This document shows, piece after piece, positions 45,274-54,490 of a stretch of 64,000 nucleotides of DNA (its first letter is position 1; every line of letters starts with the position of its first letter). Under the pieces are notes generated by a model. The model was not told where the DNA came from. It ran no database searches and saw only the letters and a list, made by a program, of their open reading frames with translations. The position numbers and the translations under genes are program-made. Location: positions 480,001-544,000 of the forward strand of contig OZ241907.1 of NCBI GenBank assembly GCA_965203515.1, in the 5' to 3' direction. This DNA comes from Spirochaetia bacterium (lineage in GTDB: Bacteria > Spirochaetota > Spirochaetia > SZUA-6 > Bin103).

Positions 45274-46077
45274 TCACCGGAGGAGCGAGAGCAGAGTCGC
45301 GCCGGCCACGAGTTGGGCATCCCCGGGACGCTCGAGGAACGGCGTTACGTCCTGCCGCGCGGCCTCCCAATCGACGGAGTCGAGTTTGTCGGCGATGAGT
45401 TGACGCCACGTTGCCGGCGTTGCCGCAGGTCCCTCCCATCGCGTCTGCCGCAGCGCGTTGTTGAGCAAGGCGAGGTTCGGGGCCGGCCACGTGGGATCGG
45501 CCAGATACCAGGCGAGGTCAAAGAGGTCCCGCCCTTTCGTATAACCGCGCGTGAGCACCGCATGGAGCTTGCCGGCGAACAGCGATGCCCGGTCATGGTA
45601 CAATAGATTGAGCAAGCCGAACCTGCGGATGAGCTGGGTTTCGGTATGCGCGCCGGCCGGCGGGTTGGTATCGACTTCGACTCTGATTGCCAGCACCTCC
45701 TCGGCGTGGGGCGAGAGCCCTGCCTCATGCAGCAATCCGCGGAACTTCAGCCGCCCGACCGCGACTGCCGATCGGGTGCGGACCGTTGCCTCCACCGCGT
45801 ACGCCTCGGCCGTCAGATCGTGCCGCGCCGCGCGCATCAGTGCCGCGAATCGCCCGTCGCCGCCGGGGGTGATCAGCGAGAAATCGAGATCCTCGGAGTA
45901 ACGCGGAAGCCGGTACCGGAACCGCAGCGCCGTGCCGCCAAGGAACGCCCAGTCGGAAAATGCCCCGTGGTCCTGCAGCGCAAGCAGGATGCGGGCCTGC
46001 AGGTACTCCCGCGCGGTATTGCGCGCCTGGACGCCGTGCGGCTCGCCGGCGAGCAGCTCCAGCAGCGCCGCTTTCAT
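45274..46077 (-). CDS. abiEii: Type IV TA / abortive infection nucleotidyltransferase toxin AbiEii
   Basis: 'REYLQARIL', 'FLGGTALR', 'RYSEDLDF', 'EVDTNPP', 'GKLHA', 'KGRDLFDL'. Confidence 0.9.
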   Translation of the reverse strand: MKAALLELLAGEPHGVQARNTAREYLQARILLALQDHGAFSDWAFLGGTALRFRYRLPRYSEDLDFSLITPGGDGRFAALMRAARHDLTAEAYAVEATVRTRSAVAVGRLKFRGLLHEAGLSPHAEEVLAIRVEVDTNPPAGAHTETQLIRRFGLLNLLYHDRASLFAGKLHAVLTRGYTKGRDLFDLAWYLADPTWPAPNLALLNNALRQTRWEGPAATPATWRQLIADKLDSVDWEAARQDVTPFLERPGDAQLVAGATLLSLLR

Positions 46078-46706
46078 GACCATCCCTCCTCGTCGCGCCA
46101 GAGGTCGAGCAACAGGCGAACGGCGCGCGCGACCTTGCGCGAACCGGTTCTCAGCACCGCGGCGCGCAGCCGCTCCGCGTCAAGTGAGTCGGCGGGCGTG
46201 AGACGAAGCTCCCGCAGGTAGGGAAGCCGATCGCTGTGCGGGGTCAGATACAGCAGGTCGACCAGCGCCTTCTCGGCGCGGGCGAGCATCACGCGCTGGC
46301 CGTGCGCGACCTCGATCTCGACGAAACCGAACATCCGCCGCGGGAGCAGGTGGCGAAACAGAAACCGTCCGCGCGGCGTATCGAGCTGCTGCGCCCGGCG
46401 GGTGGTGACGCTGGTGGTCACGGGAACGTACTCGGGAATCATGCCGTAATGGGCCAGTGCCGAGTGCAAGCTCACATAGGATGCCCGGTCGAGCGCCCCG
46501 GCGATGGCGAACGGATGGGCCGGCACGGCGGCGTATGGCGCCGCGACGAGATACACCCCGCGCCGGAGCCGCACGACCCGCCCGGCCTTGACCCAGCGAT
46601 CCAACTGCCGCCTCAGGTTCTCTGGGGAGCTTTGTCCCGCAAGGACTTGGCCCGTACGAAACAACCCATTGGGGGGCACTCTGGCCAGCAGCAGGTCGAA
46701 GTGCAT
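46074..46706 (-). CDS. abiEi: Type IV TA antitoxin AbiEi (wHTH transcriptional regulator)
   Basis: 'LRRGVY', 'SYVSLHSALAHYGMIPE', 'EKALVDLLY'. ATGA overlap with the toxin. Confidence 0.88.
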   Translation of the reverse strand: MHFDLLLARVPPNGLFRTGQVLAGQSSPENLRRQLDRWVKAGRVVRLRRGVYLVAAPYAAVPAHPFAIAGALDRASYVSLHSALAHYGMIPEYVPVTTSVTTRRAQQLDTPRGRFLFRHLLPRRMFGFVEIEVAHGQRVMLARAEKALVDLLYLTPHSDRLPYLRELRLTPADSLDAERLRAAVLRTGSRKVARAVRLLLDLWRDEEGWS

Positions 46707-46716
46707 GGCAATAACA

Positions 46717-46746
46717 TGACATTAATGTCTACTTGTCGCTATGACA
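46717..46746. promoter_or_regulatory. AT-rich promoter/operator region of the abiE operon
   Basis: Palindrome GACATTAATGTC plus repeated TGTC/GACA half-sites directly upstream of abiEi. Confidence 0.45.
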
Positions 46747-46977
46747 GCTCCGCCCGATCGATCCTGTCCTCCACCGCGACCCTGCTTCGGTACAGAGTAC
46801 GTCCCTCCGCGACGGGCGCAACCAGCGCGGCGTTGCACCCTGACGGCTGCGGCTGTGCGCCACAGAGCAGACCATCGCCCGGCTGAGCGCGGTGTGGAAG
46901 GTGTTCCGGCGGGCGACCTAGGCGTCCCGCCCGTGGCCGCGGGCCGGCTAGACAGCTGGCGCCGCAGCCGTTCCTTC

Positions 46978-47058
46978 CGGCCGCTACCGCACCCGCGACC
47001 TCATCCTCGCCTACATGAACGCCCTCGCCGCCGGCGACACCCGACCGACGTCACGCCG
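46978..47058 (+). repeat. RM-gene 3' end, copy 2
   Basis: Near-identical to 44177-44258 (one base missing). Confidence 0.9.
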
Positions 47059-47064
47059 TAGGCG

Positions 47065-47253
47065 TTACAGGCGATCTTGCGCGATCGACTCGAAGGCGGG
47101 CAGCAGGTCGCTTTGATCCAGAGCCTCCTCGGCGCTCAAACGAGGCACCTCGTATGCGATGACTGCCTGGGCGCCAAACACGTACCAGCGCCCCCAGTCG
47201 GCGAGCACCTTGGACAGTGCGGTCAGGAGTTCAACTGCGGCGGGGGGAAGCAC
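47065..47253 (-). pseudogene. Nucleotidyltransferase remnant with internal deletion
   Basis: 'WYVFGAQAVIAYEVPRLSA' (NTase G-A-x-A…PR start) runs directly into a C-terminus-like 'EEALDQSDLL'. The expected D-x-D catalytic segment is missing. Confidence 0.55.
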
Positions 47254-47482
47254 GCGTGAACAGCTCGGCCAGGCGCACGTGCGCAAGCAGGTCCTGCCGC
47301 CGGGCGACGGCCCCGGGCCAATCCGGATCGTGCAGCAGTGCTTGCCGGCGCAACTCGTCGGCGATGCGGAAGCCCTCCAGTGGTCCGCAGCGGGCTATGC
47401 GTTCGGCCCAATAGGCGTCTTTCGCGGCGCGCGCCGTGCGCCATTCGCGAGCCATGTAGTCACGAATGCCGCGGCTGATCAT
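47231..47482 (-). CDS. Small helical hypothetical protein, probable partner of the nucleotidyltransferase
   Basis: MISRGIRDYMAREWRTARAAKDAYWAERI…, TACACT -10 box upstream, overlaps the NTase start. Confidence 0.5.
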   Translation of the reverse strand: MISRGIRDYMAREWRTARAAKDAYWAERIARCGPLEGFRIADELRRQALLHDPDWPGAVARRQDLLAHVRLAELFTRASPRRS

Positions 47483-47535
47483 ACCGGTAGTGTAGCAGGC
47501 TGTCCCGGCAGGGTCCATGTTCACCCGCGCGCCTT

Positions 47536-47664
47536 CCAATCGACGGATGACCCGTGGTCCTGTGGCGCAAGCAGGATGCGTGCCTGCAGGTACTCCCGCG
47601 CGGTATTGCGCGCCTGGACGCCGTGCGGCTCGCCGGCGAGCAGCTCCGGCAGCGCCGCTTTCAT
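47536..47664 (-). pseudogene. Collapsed second copy of abiEii
   Basis: 47551-47664 is nearly identical to 45964-46077 (abiEii 5' end). 47536-47547 CCAATCGACGGA matches the abiEii 3' region at 45367. Confidence 0.85.
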
Positions 47665-47724
47665 GCCCTCGCCGCCGGCGACACCACCACCGACGTCACG
47701 CCGCGCTAGCCATTGGCGTCCAGC
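47665..47724 (+). repeat. RM-gene 3' end, copy 3 (includes stop codon and downstream bases)
   Basis: GCCCTCGCCGCCGGCGACACCACCACCGACGTCACGCCGCGCTAGCCATTGGCGTCCAGC versus 44220-44279. Confidence 0.9.
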
Positions 47725-47772
47725 GGCTTCAGGCTTGATGCGCGCCGGTCCCGGTGGTTACTCTGTCGGGCT

Positions 47773-48972
47773 ATGAAGACTCGGCCGCCCTTGCGCCATA
47801 CTGGCGCCGTCCTCGTTGGCTTGACCATCGCCGTACTGCTGCTTGCCTGCGAGGAACCCACGCGCAAGCCGGCCGCACCGGCGCAACCCGCCTCGCCGCC
47901 GGCGGCGGAACCGGTAGCGCCGGCGCAGAGCAACACGTGTGTGCCGAACGTGGCGATTCACCGCACGAACGTCGGAGGCGCCATCCAGGGAGCGATCAAG
48001 GACCTGGTTCTGTACTGGGGAGGAACCCGGTCGAACGTGGAATGCCTGCCGGAGGCGCAAGGGAGTCAGAGGCAGTTCAACCGTGTCGGCAACACGCAGG
48101 GAGGGACGGCGACCTACCGAGTGATACGGGTGCAACGACCCGCCGGCGCCCGCTACTACATGCTGAAGTATCTCGACGGCGAGCCGGTATGCATCATCGA
48201 CGTAGCCGGCGCCTGCGACCGGATGTTGTCCGGGTTGGGCGATTACGACGTGGAGACCCTGCCGGCCGAAGTACCGGCGCTCGATGGTTCACCGACGCCG
48301 CCGCCGGCGCCGGCGCCCGCACCGGCCCCGCCGCAGTCGACCGTTCCGCCGGAGGTCGTGACCGGCGGCACAGACTACGTGGTTGGAACGCAGGCGACGT
48401 TGGGATCCATAACTGCCTGGAACACGCGCCGCGCGATCGTCGCCACCGACAGCGGCGTCCTCACGGTCGCTGCCACAAAGACTGACCCGAATGGTCACTT
48501 GGGGACGATCACGAGCGAAGGCGGAGTGCTCACGATCACGGGTGCCAAGTCGACCTGGGACGCGGCTACCAGCCGCCACAGTCCGATCAGGATCGAGTTC
48601 ACCGCTACGAACGCGGGCGGATCGAAGGCAAGTTCCTGGATCCAAGTTATGGTTGACGGAGCTCCCGAAAGGGCGCCGGTAGTCCTCCCGACGGAATTCA
48701 CAAGGAGATCCACAGGAACCAGTAGTGTTCTCATCCGCGATCTGGCGTCCTACTACAGAGACCCGGAAGGGGAGTCCGTGTCCGTCGTCGACGTGAGTTC
48801 GAGCCCTTCGACGTCAGGTATAGCCAGCATCGACAGTGGAGGCCACTTGGTCTTGACGCCAAATAACCCAGGCTCCATGACCATTACGTACTACGTAACG
48901 AGTACGTCCAACCCGTCCGGCAATGCCGCGCAGTACGCGCGGGATACCGTTACCGTCACCATTACGCCGTAA
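47773..48972 (+). CDS. Putative lipoprotein with Pro-rich linkers and C-terminal Ig/cadherin-like beta domains
   Basis: Lipobox 'LLLAC', PA-rich linkers, Thr/Ser-rich beta repeats, 'YYRDPEGESVSV'. Confidence 0.65.
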   Translation: MKTRPPLRHTGAVLVGLTIAVLLLACEEPTRKPAAPAQPASPPAAEPVAPAQSNTCVPNVAIHRTNVGGAIQGAIKDLVLYWGGTRSNVECLPEAQGSQRQFNRVGNTQGGTATYRVIRVQRPAGARYYMLKYLDGEPVCIIDVAGACDRMLSGLGDYDVETLPAEVPALDGSPTPPPAPAPAPAPPQSTVPPEVVTGGTDYVVGTQATLGSITAWNTRRAIVATDSGVLTVAATKTDPNGHLGTITSEGGVLTITGAKSTWDAATSRHSPIRIEFTATNAGGSKASSWIQVMVDGAPERAPVVLPTEFTRRSTGTSSVLIRDLASYYRDPEGESVSVVDVSSSPSTSGIASIDSGGHLVLTPNNPGSMTITYYVTSTSNPSGNAAQYARDTVTVTITP

Positions 48973-49035
48973 CGGACGGTAGAGCCAGCCGGGCGTCGAG
49001 CTGTTTGCCGGCGGGGTCACCCGTCACGCCCGATA

Positions 49036-50502
49036 CTACCGGGGGCAGCGATGGCGGCATCCGCCTTCAGCCTGCGCTTCGTCCGACTGGATCGGACCGG
49101 CGCGTGACGATCCTCGCCGGGGGACGCCGAATCCGGCGCCTGCGTGGCGGTGGCGGTGATGCGCGGCGCACAGCAGTCGGAGATTGTTCGGCTCGGCGCC
49201 GCCGCCGCGGGCGTATGGCACGACGTGATCGATCTGCAGCAGGTGTTGGGAGCCGCAGCGACGCCCGCTGGTGCGGTCCACGTAGCTGCAGCGGCCCTGG
49301 TCGCGCCGCCAGACCGCGCGCTTGACCGCCGCCGGGATGGCGCGGCCGGTCCGGCCGCCCGCCTTCGCCGCCGAAGTTTGGGTAGGCGTCGGCGCAGCCG
49401 GCTTCGCGCACGCAGCAGCCTGCGGGCCGAAGCGCCGCGTCTTCGGCGCCGAAGTGGAGTCGGTCGCCGGCTTCGCTGCCGAAGTGTCCGGGCGTTCCGG
49501 GCCGCGGTCGGCCTGCGGCGCAGCGTCTCCGTCTCCCGGCTGCGCCGTCGGCTGAGTCGATACCTTCGCCGCCGAAGGAGCGGCGCTGTCCGAGCTGGCT
49601 TCCTGCTTCGGCGCCGGGCCCGCCTGCTTCGCTGCCGAAGCGGTGCCGCGAGTCGAGGGCGCCTGCGTCTTCGCCGCCGAAGTCCGCTCGGCGCCTGTGC
49701 CCGGGGCACCGGTGCGCCGCCTGCGCGGCGGCCGGGCCGGGTCATGGCGGTCGAGCCCTTCCTGCACCAAGCGTCCCACGATCTGCCCCAACGTCATGTG
49801 CGGGTCGACGTGGGACAGGAGACCCCTGAGCCGCTCCAAGCCGCGCCGGCACTCATCGTCGATGACCGCCTTGAGCTCCCAGCGTCCAGCGCCCAGCGGG
49901 CGCACCCGGTCCGCCGGCACCGCCAGCTCCGGGTCGACCTCGGCCAGCAGCTCCATCACCTGCCGGCTGCTCTTGCCGGCCGCCTGCTCTACCAGCGCCC
50001 GCCGCGCCGACCGGTCCAGCACCGGCGGCGGCTTCCGCTCCGCGGGCTGAGCCGGCCCCGGCGCCGAGCCGTCCTGCGACTGCGCGGCGGCCCCGAACCC
50101 GTCCCCGCCCGGCGCGCTGCGCGCCGCGCGATCCCTGTCGCGCTCCTGCCGGTCGAAGGCGTTCTGCAACTGCGCGGCCGCGTTCAGGGTCATGGAGCCG
50201 TCCTGGAGGCGCTCGCGCACGCCGTCGAAGTTCGCGCAGAGGCGCATCGCCTTGAGGCGTCGCCAGGCGGCGGCGTCGCTGTAGCCCAGCTCGCGGACCG
50301 TGTAATCGAACAGGCTGGAGAACCCGCGGCGCAGGTACAGCCGGCGCTTCTGTATCTCACGCAAGTGGTCGATGACGACGACTTCGAGATGGTGTTCGAT
50401 GCCGGACAGTTCCTTGGTCCGCGCCAGCAGGCGGTCGTCGGAGAGGGCGGAAACGGTGGTCGTGATGGCCGCGTCGGCCGTGTCGGAACGAGTGCCGTTC
50501 AT
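49036..50502 (-). CDS. HNH endonuclease with DUF222-like N-terminal domain
   Basis: N-terminal 'LSDDRLL…HLREIQKRRLYLRRGFSSLFDY…LGYSDAAAWRR'. C-terminal 'IPAAVKRAVWRRDQGRC…C…IDHVVPYARGG…NNLRLLCAAHH'. Confidence 0.88.
   Translation of the reverse strand: MNGTRSDTADAAITTTVSALSDDRLLARTKELSGIEHHLEVVVIDHLREIQKRRLYLRRGFSSLFDYTVRELGYSDAAAWRRLKAMRLCANFDGVRERLQDGSMTLNAAAQLQNAFDRQERDRDRAARSAPGGDGFGAAAQSQDGSAPGPAQPAERKPPPVLDRSARRALVEQAAGKSSRQVMELLAEVDPELAVPADRVRPLGAGRWELKAVIDDECRRGLERLRGLLSHVDPHMTLGQIVGRLVQEGLDRHDPARPPRRRRTGAPGTGAERTSAAKTQAPSTRGTASAAKQAGPAPKQEASSDSAAPSAAKVSTQPTAQPGDGDAAPQADRGPERPDTSAAKPATDSTSAPKTRRFGPQAAACAKPAAPTPTQTSAAKAGGRTGRAIPAAVKRAVWRRDQGRCSYVDRTSGRRCGSQHLLQIDHVVPYARGGGAEPNNLRLLCAAHHRHRHAGAGFGVPRRGSSRAGPIQSDEAQAEGGCRHRCPR
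49363..49682. repeat. Six in-frame 14-bp palindromic repeats CTTCG-N4-CGAAG in the HNH linker
   Basis: Copies start at 49363, 49441, 49471, 49564, 49627 and 49669, with a partial copy at 49606. They encode (T/P/A)SA(A/P)K. Confidence 0.85.
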
Positions 50503-50508
50503 GCCATA

Positions 50509-50537
50509 AGTATAATAATGGAAAGTAGTTGAGTCAA
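50509..50537 (-). promoter_or_regulatory. Near-consensus sigma70 promoter, probably leaderless HNH transcript
   Basis: TTGACT-17 nt-TATACT, 6 nt before the ATG, no SD sequence. Confidence 0.7.
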
Positions 50538-50620
50538 GAAGCCGCTGTCCGTTCCCATCACACTTTCAGGTCGTTCAGATTGCCCCAGAGCAGTAGCTCC
50601 TCGTGTTTGCAGTCTCCCGA

Positions 50621-50713
50621 CTACGATCCCGGCGGCAATCTCCTGCTCATCGGCCGCCCAGTCGTCGCCTCGGCGCGGACCTGATGCAGCCGGTAGTCCT
50701 TCTCGATGCCGAG
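50621..50713 (-). pseudogene. higA: 3' part of higA antitoxin split by IS21
   Basis: Removing the IS and one TSD restores …GVDADIW-LGIEKDYRLHQVRAE…*. An overlapping frame has 'EQEIAAGIVVGRLQ', like the tail of HigA-ImmA/IrrE proteins. Confidence 0.75.
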
Positions 50714-50952
50714 CCAGATTGTCCAGCGACAATCAAGATGAGAATGCAGCGACAATCAAGATGAGAATGCGCGGGTAGGGTGGCTGCCCCCGACAGAGGA
50801 GGATGGAGGGGCCGCCGATGGCGGCGGCAGGGCGTAGCCTGACCGTAGCCACCGGCGCGCGGCGGCGCCCCCGTGGGGGCTTCGCGGCCCGGTGATCGTG
50901 GCCGGCCCGGCGTTGGATAGGGTGCTTGGGACTATCACCCCAAGGAGCACCC

Positions 50953-52482
50953 ATGCCGGGCCGACATCTGACCGATCACCACGTGAGGCACTACATGAAC
51001 CTGCGCACCAAGGACCAGCCGTCGGTGGCCGCCGCCAAGGCGGGGATCAGCACCGCCACCGCCTACCGCATCGAATCCGATCCGCAGCTACCGTCCCAGA
51101 AACCGACCGTCCGCACTCGCCGGCGGCCCGACCCGCTGGCCGGCATCTTCGAAGAAGAAGTCATCCCCCTGCTGCAGCAGACGCCCGACCTGCGCCCGGT
51201 GACCATCTTCGAGGAACTGCTGCGCCGTCACCCCGAACTGCCGCCGAGCGTGCGCCGCACCCTGGAACGCCGGGTGCGCCGCTGGCGCGCCCTGCACGGT
51301 CCCGACCAGGAGGTGATCTTCGCGCAGCGCCAGCCGCCCGGTCTGCTCGGTCTGTCAGACTTCACCGCCGCCACCAACCTCAGCGTCGTCGTGGCCGGCG
51401 CGCCGCTGGCGCACCTGCTGTACCACTTCCGGCTGCCCTACTCCGGCTTCGAGCACGCCGACGTGGTGATCGGCGGCGAATCCTTCAGCGCCCTCAGCGC
51501 CGGCCTCCAGCAGGCGCTGTGGACGCTCGGCGGCGCGCCCCAGGAACACCGCACCGACAGCCTGTCGGCGGCGTTCCGCAACCTCGACCGCAGCGCCCAC
51601 GACGATCTCACCGAGCGCTACCGGGCGCTGTGCGAGCACTACCGCATGCGCGCGACCCGCAACAATCGCGGCGCCGCCCATGAGAACGGCAGCGTCGAGA
51701 GCGCCCACGGCCACTTCAAGCGCGCCCTCCATCAGGCCCTGCTGCTCCGCGGCTCGCGCGCGTTCGATGACCTGGACGCCTACCGCCGGTTGATCGCCGA
51801 ACTGGTCGGGCGCCACAACGCCCGCCACCGGGAGCGCATCGACGCCGAACGCGCGGCCTTGCAGCCGCTGCCCGAACGCCGCGTGCAGGACTTCGAGATC
51901 GAACGGGTGCGGGTCACCTCCCACAGCGGGTTCACGCTGCGCAAGGTCTTCTACTCGGTGCCGTCGCGGCTGATCGGCCACCACCTGCGCGTCCATCTGT
52001 TCCCGGATCGGCTGCAGGTCTTCCTCGGCGCCAGCGAACTGCTGAGCCTGCCGCGGGGCAAGCCGCCGGCCCCCGGACGCCGCGGGCACGTGGTCAACTA
52101 CCATCACCTCATCCACGCGCTGCGCCGCAAGCCGATGGCGTTGCGCCATCTGACCTACCGCGAGCAGTTGTTCCCCCGCGATGCCTACCGGCGCGCCTTC
52201 CGGGCGCTGCTGGCGGCACTCGACGAGTCTGAGGCCTGCCGGCGCATGGTCGGGCTGCTGGCCCTGGCTCACGATCAGGGCTGCGAGGCCGCCCTGGGCG
52301 AGCACCTGGAGCGCCTGCTGGCCGCAGGTCAGCTGCCCGACCCGGAGACCCTGCGGGAGCGCTTCCTGCCCGATCCGGGGGACCTGCCGCAGGTCAGCGT
52401 GCACGCCGGCTCGCTGGCCGACTACGACCTGCTGCTCGATCATCCCGACCACGCCGGCGTCTCCCAGGCGGGTGCGGCATGA
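50953..52482 (+). CDS. istA: IS21 transposase IstA
   Basis: AAGGAG RBS, 'LSDFT', 'HRTDSLSAA', 'HENGSVES', 'FYSVPSRLIG'. Confidence 0.95.
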   Translation: MPGRHLTDHHVRHYMNLRTKDQPSVAAAKAGISTATAYRIESDPQLPSQKPTVRTRRRPDPLAGIFEEEVIPLLQQTPDLRPVTIFEELLRRHPELPPSVRRTLERRVRRWRALHGPDQEVIFAQRQPPGLLGLSDFTAATNLSVVVAGAPLAHLLYHFRLPYSGFEHADVVIGGESFSALSAGLQQALWTLGGAPQEHRTDSLSAAFRNLDRSAHDDLTERYRALCEHYRMRATRNNRGAAHENGSVESAHGHFKRALHQALLLRGSRAFDDLDAYRRLIAELVGRHNARHRERIDAERAALQPLPERRVQDFEIERVRVTSHSGFTLRKVFYSVPSRLIGHHLRVHLFPDRLQVFLGASELLSLPRGKPPAPGRRGHVVNYHHLIHALRRKPMALRHLTYREQLFPRDAYRRAFRALLAALDESEACRRMVGLLALAHDQGCEAALGEHLERLLAAGQLPDPETLRERFLPDPGDLPQVSVHAGSLADYDLLLDHPDHAGVSQAGAA

Positions 52483-52722
52483 ACCGGCGCAACGACCAGC
52501 CGATCGACGACGCCGCGCTCAACCTCATGCTCAGCGAGTTGCGCCTGCCCACCATCAAGTCGCTGTGGCCGCAGTTCACCGCCCAGGCCGACCGCGAAGG
52601 CTGGCCCGGCGCGCGCCTGCTGGCCGCCCTGACCGAGCACGAACTGGCCGAACGCTCCCGCCGCCGCTTCCAGCGCCAGCTCCGCGAGGCGCGGCTGCCG
52701 GCCGGCAAGACCCTCGACTCGT
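52479..52722 (+). pseudogene. istB: IS21 helper ATPase IstB, 5' part (interrupted by IS66)
   Basis: 'LSELRLP…ARLPAGKTLDS' ends at the IS66 TSD. Confidence 0.92.
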
Positions 52723-52747
52723 GTAAGCGTCCGGGGAATCCCACCCT

Positions 52748-54439
52748 CTACGTAGCGGGCGGCGGCGGTGGACGCGCGGTCGGCAGGAGCGCCAAGAAAT
52801 CGGCACGGGTACGCGCGTGCGGCAGCTGCTCGAACAACTCGCGCAGATACCAGTACGGCTCTCGCCGGTTGGCCTTCGCCGTCTCGATCAGGCTGTACAG
52901 CGTCGCGCTCGCCGCAGCGCCGCGCGGGCTGCCGGCAAACAGCCAGTTCTTGCGGCCCACCACGAACGGCCGGATCGCCTGCTCGCAGGCGTTGTTGTCC
53001 GGCGTCAACTGCGCGTGCTCCACATAGCCGATCAGCTTCGGCCACTGTCCCAACGCGAACCCCACCGCCTTGCCGAGCGCCGAACTCGGCAGCACCTGCT
53101 CCCGCTTGTGCCGCAGCCACTCGTGCATCTGCACGAGCACCGGCTCCACCCGCGCGCGCCGCTCGGCCACGAACCGTTCGGGGTCCTCGGTCCGGTACCT
53201 CGCTAGCTGCGTCTCGATGCGGTACAGCTTGGCGATGTACCCCAGCGCCTGCAGCGCCGCACCGCTACGGCTCGATACCTTGCTCAACGCCTCGGCGGCC
53301 TCCTTGAAGGCGCGCCGCACGTGCGCCCAACAGCCCACGTGCCGGATGCCCGGCTGGCTGCACGGCCGCAGGTAGCCCTCATACCCATCGGTCTGCACGT
53401 AGCCCTGGTAGTCGCCGATGATGTCGGCCGCCACCCGTGCGGCCCGACTCGGCTCATACCGGTAGATCACCACCGGCGCCGCCGGCGGCCCGCCGCGGGC
53501 CACCCATACGTAGCTGCGCGTCGCGTTGGCGCGTCCCGGCTCGTTGAGCACCTGCACGGTCGTTTCGTCGATTTGCAGGATCGGTCCGCCGCGCAGTTGG
53601 TCGCCCAGCGCTGCCAGCAGCGGCCGACAGGCGCCGGCGACCGCCAGCATCCAGTCGGCCATCGTGCGCCGCGACACCGCCACTCCCAGCCGCGCGAACT
53701 GCTGCTCCTGCCGGTACAGCGGCAGCGCGTCGCAGAACTTCGCCGTGGCGATGAACGCCAGCAGCCCTTCGCTGGCGACTCCTTTGCGGATCAGCGCCGC
53801 CGGCGCCGGCGCCACCCGCACCGCCGCACGCTGCTCGTCGCCGGAGCCCTCGCAGTGATGGCAGGCGTACTTCGGCCGCACCGTGCGGAGCACCCGCACC
53901 TGCGGCGGGATCACGTCGAGCTTCTCGGCGGTCTCCTCGCCGATGCGGACCATGCGGTGGCCGCAGGCGCACTGCTGGTCTGCTTCGGGAAGGTCGACGA
54001 CCCGCTCGACCCGCGGCAGCGACGGCGGCAGCGGTTGGCGGCGCGGGCGCCGGGCGCGGCTCGGCACCGGGGCGGCCGCCGGTTCGGCAGGCAGTGGGTC
54101 GACCGGCAAGGCGTGGTCGGCGCTCCGTTCGATCTCGTTGAACAGCCGGATCTGCTGCTGCTCGGCAGCGCTCAGCTGTTCGCTGCTGCGCCCGTACCGC
54201 CGGTTTCGGTACCAGGCGAGCTCCTCTTCATAGAGCTCAATCTTCTTGTCCAACTCCTGGACCTGATGATCCAGCGCATGGACCTGATGATCCAGCGCAC
54301 TATTCCTGGTGACGAGTGAACTATTCCTGGCGACGAGTTGATCGTTGCGCACGATCAACTCGTCTTTTTCCAGGACCAGCAGCCGATTCTCCACGCGCAA
54401 CCTGTCGCGTTGTTCGACCACCGACGGTGCGGCAGACAT
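52748..54439 (-). CDS. tnpC: IS66 transposase TnpC
   Basis: 'YGRSSEQ', zinc finger CxC…CxxC, 'LPLYRQ', 'IDET', 'QTDGY', 'CWAHVRR', 'DNNACEQAIR…GRKNWLF'. Confidence 0.95.
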   Translation of the reverse strand: MSAAPSVVEQRDRLRVENRLLVLEKDELIVRNDQLVARNSSLVTRNSALDHQVHALDHQVQELDKKIELYEEELAWYRNRRYGRSSEQLSAAEQQQIRLFNEIERSADHALPVDPLPAEPAAAPVPSRARRPRRQPLPPSLPRVERVVDLPEADQQCACGHRMVRIGEETAEKLDVIPPQVRVLRTVRPKYACHHCEGSGDEQRAAVRVAPAPAALIRKGVASEGLLAFIATAKFCDALPLYRQEQQFARLGVAVSRRTMADWMLAVAGACRPLLAALGDQLRGGPILQIDETTVQVLNEPGRANATRSYVWVARGGPPAAPVVIYRYEPSRAARVAADIIGDYQGYVQTDGYEGYLRPCSQPGIRHVGCWAHVRRAFKEAAEALSKVSSRSGAALQALGYIAKLYRIETQLARYRTEDPERFVAERRARVEPVLVQMHEWLRHKREQVLPSSALGKAVGFALGQWPKLIGYVEHAQLTPDNNACEQAIRPFVVGRKNWLFAGSPRGAAASATLYSLIETAKANRREPYWYLRELFEQLPHARTRADFLALLPTARPPPPPAT

Positions 54440-54490
54440 GTCTCTACCTTACCTCAAATACCGCCGCCAGTCAAGATCGAACCAAGCCCG

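Noticed and set aside
46750..46977. Possible gene tail (…LRLCATEQTIARLSAVWKVFRRAT*) upstream of abiEi
   Set aside because: No start codon or recognisable motif, and too short to support.
49363..49682. Palindromic repeats with unique spacers read as a CRISPR array
   Set aside because: The repeats are only 14 bp, the spacing is irregular (30-93 bp), they lie in frame within a CDS, and no cas genes are present.
54260..54340. Tandem repeats near the tnpC 5' end (GACCTGATGATCCAGCGCA; CTATTCCTGG.GACGAGT)
   Set aside because: They encode 7-residue coiled-coil repeats in the TnpC N-terminus, which is ordinary for IS66.
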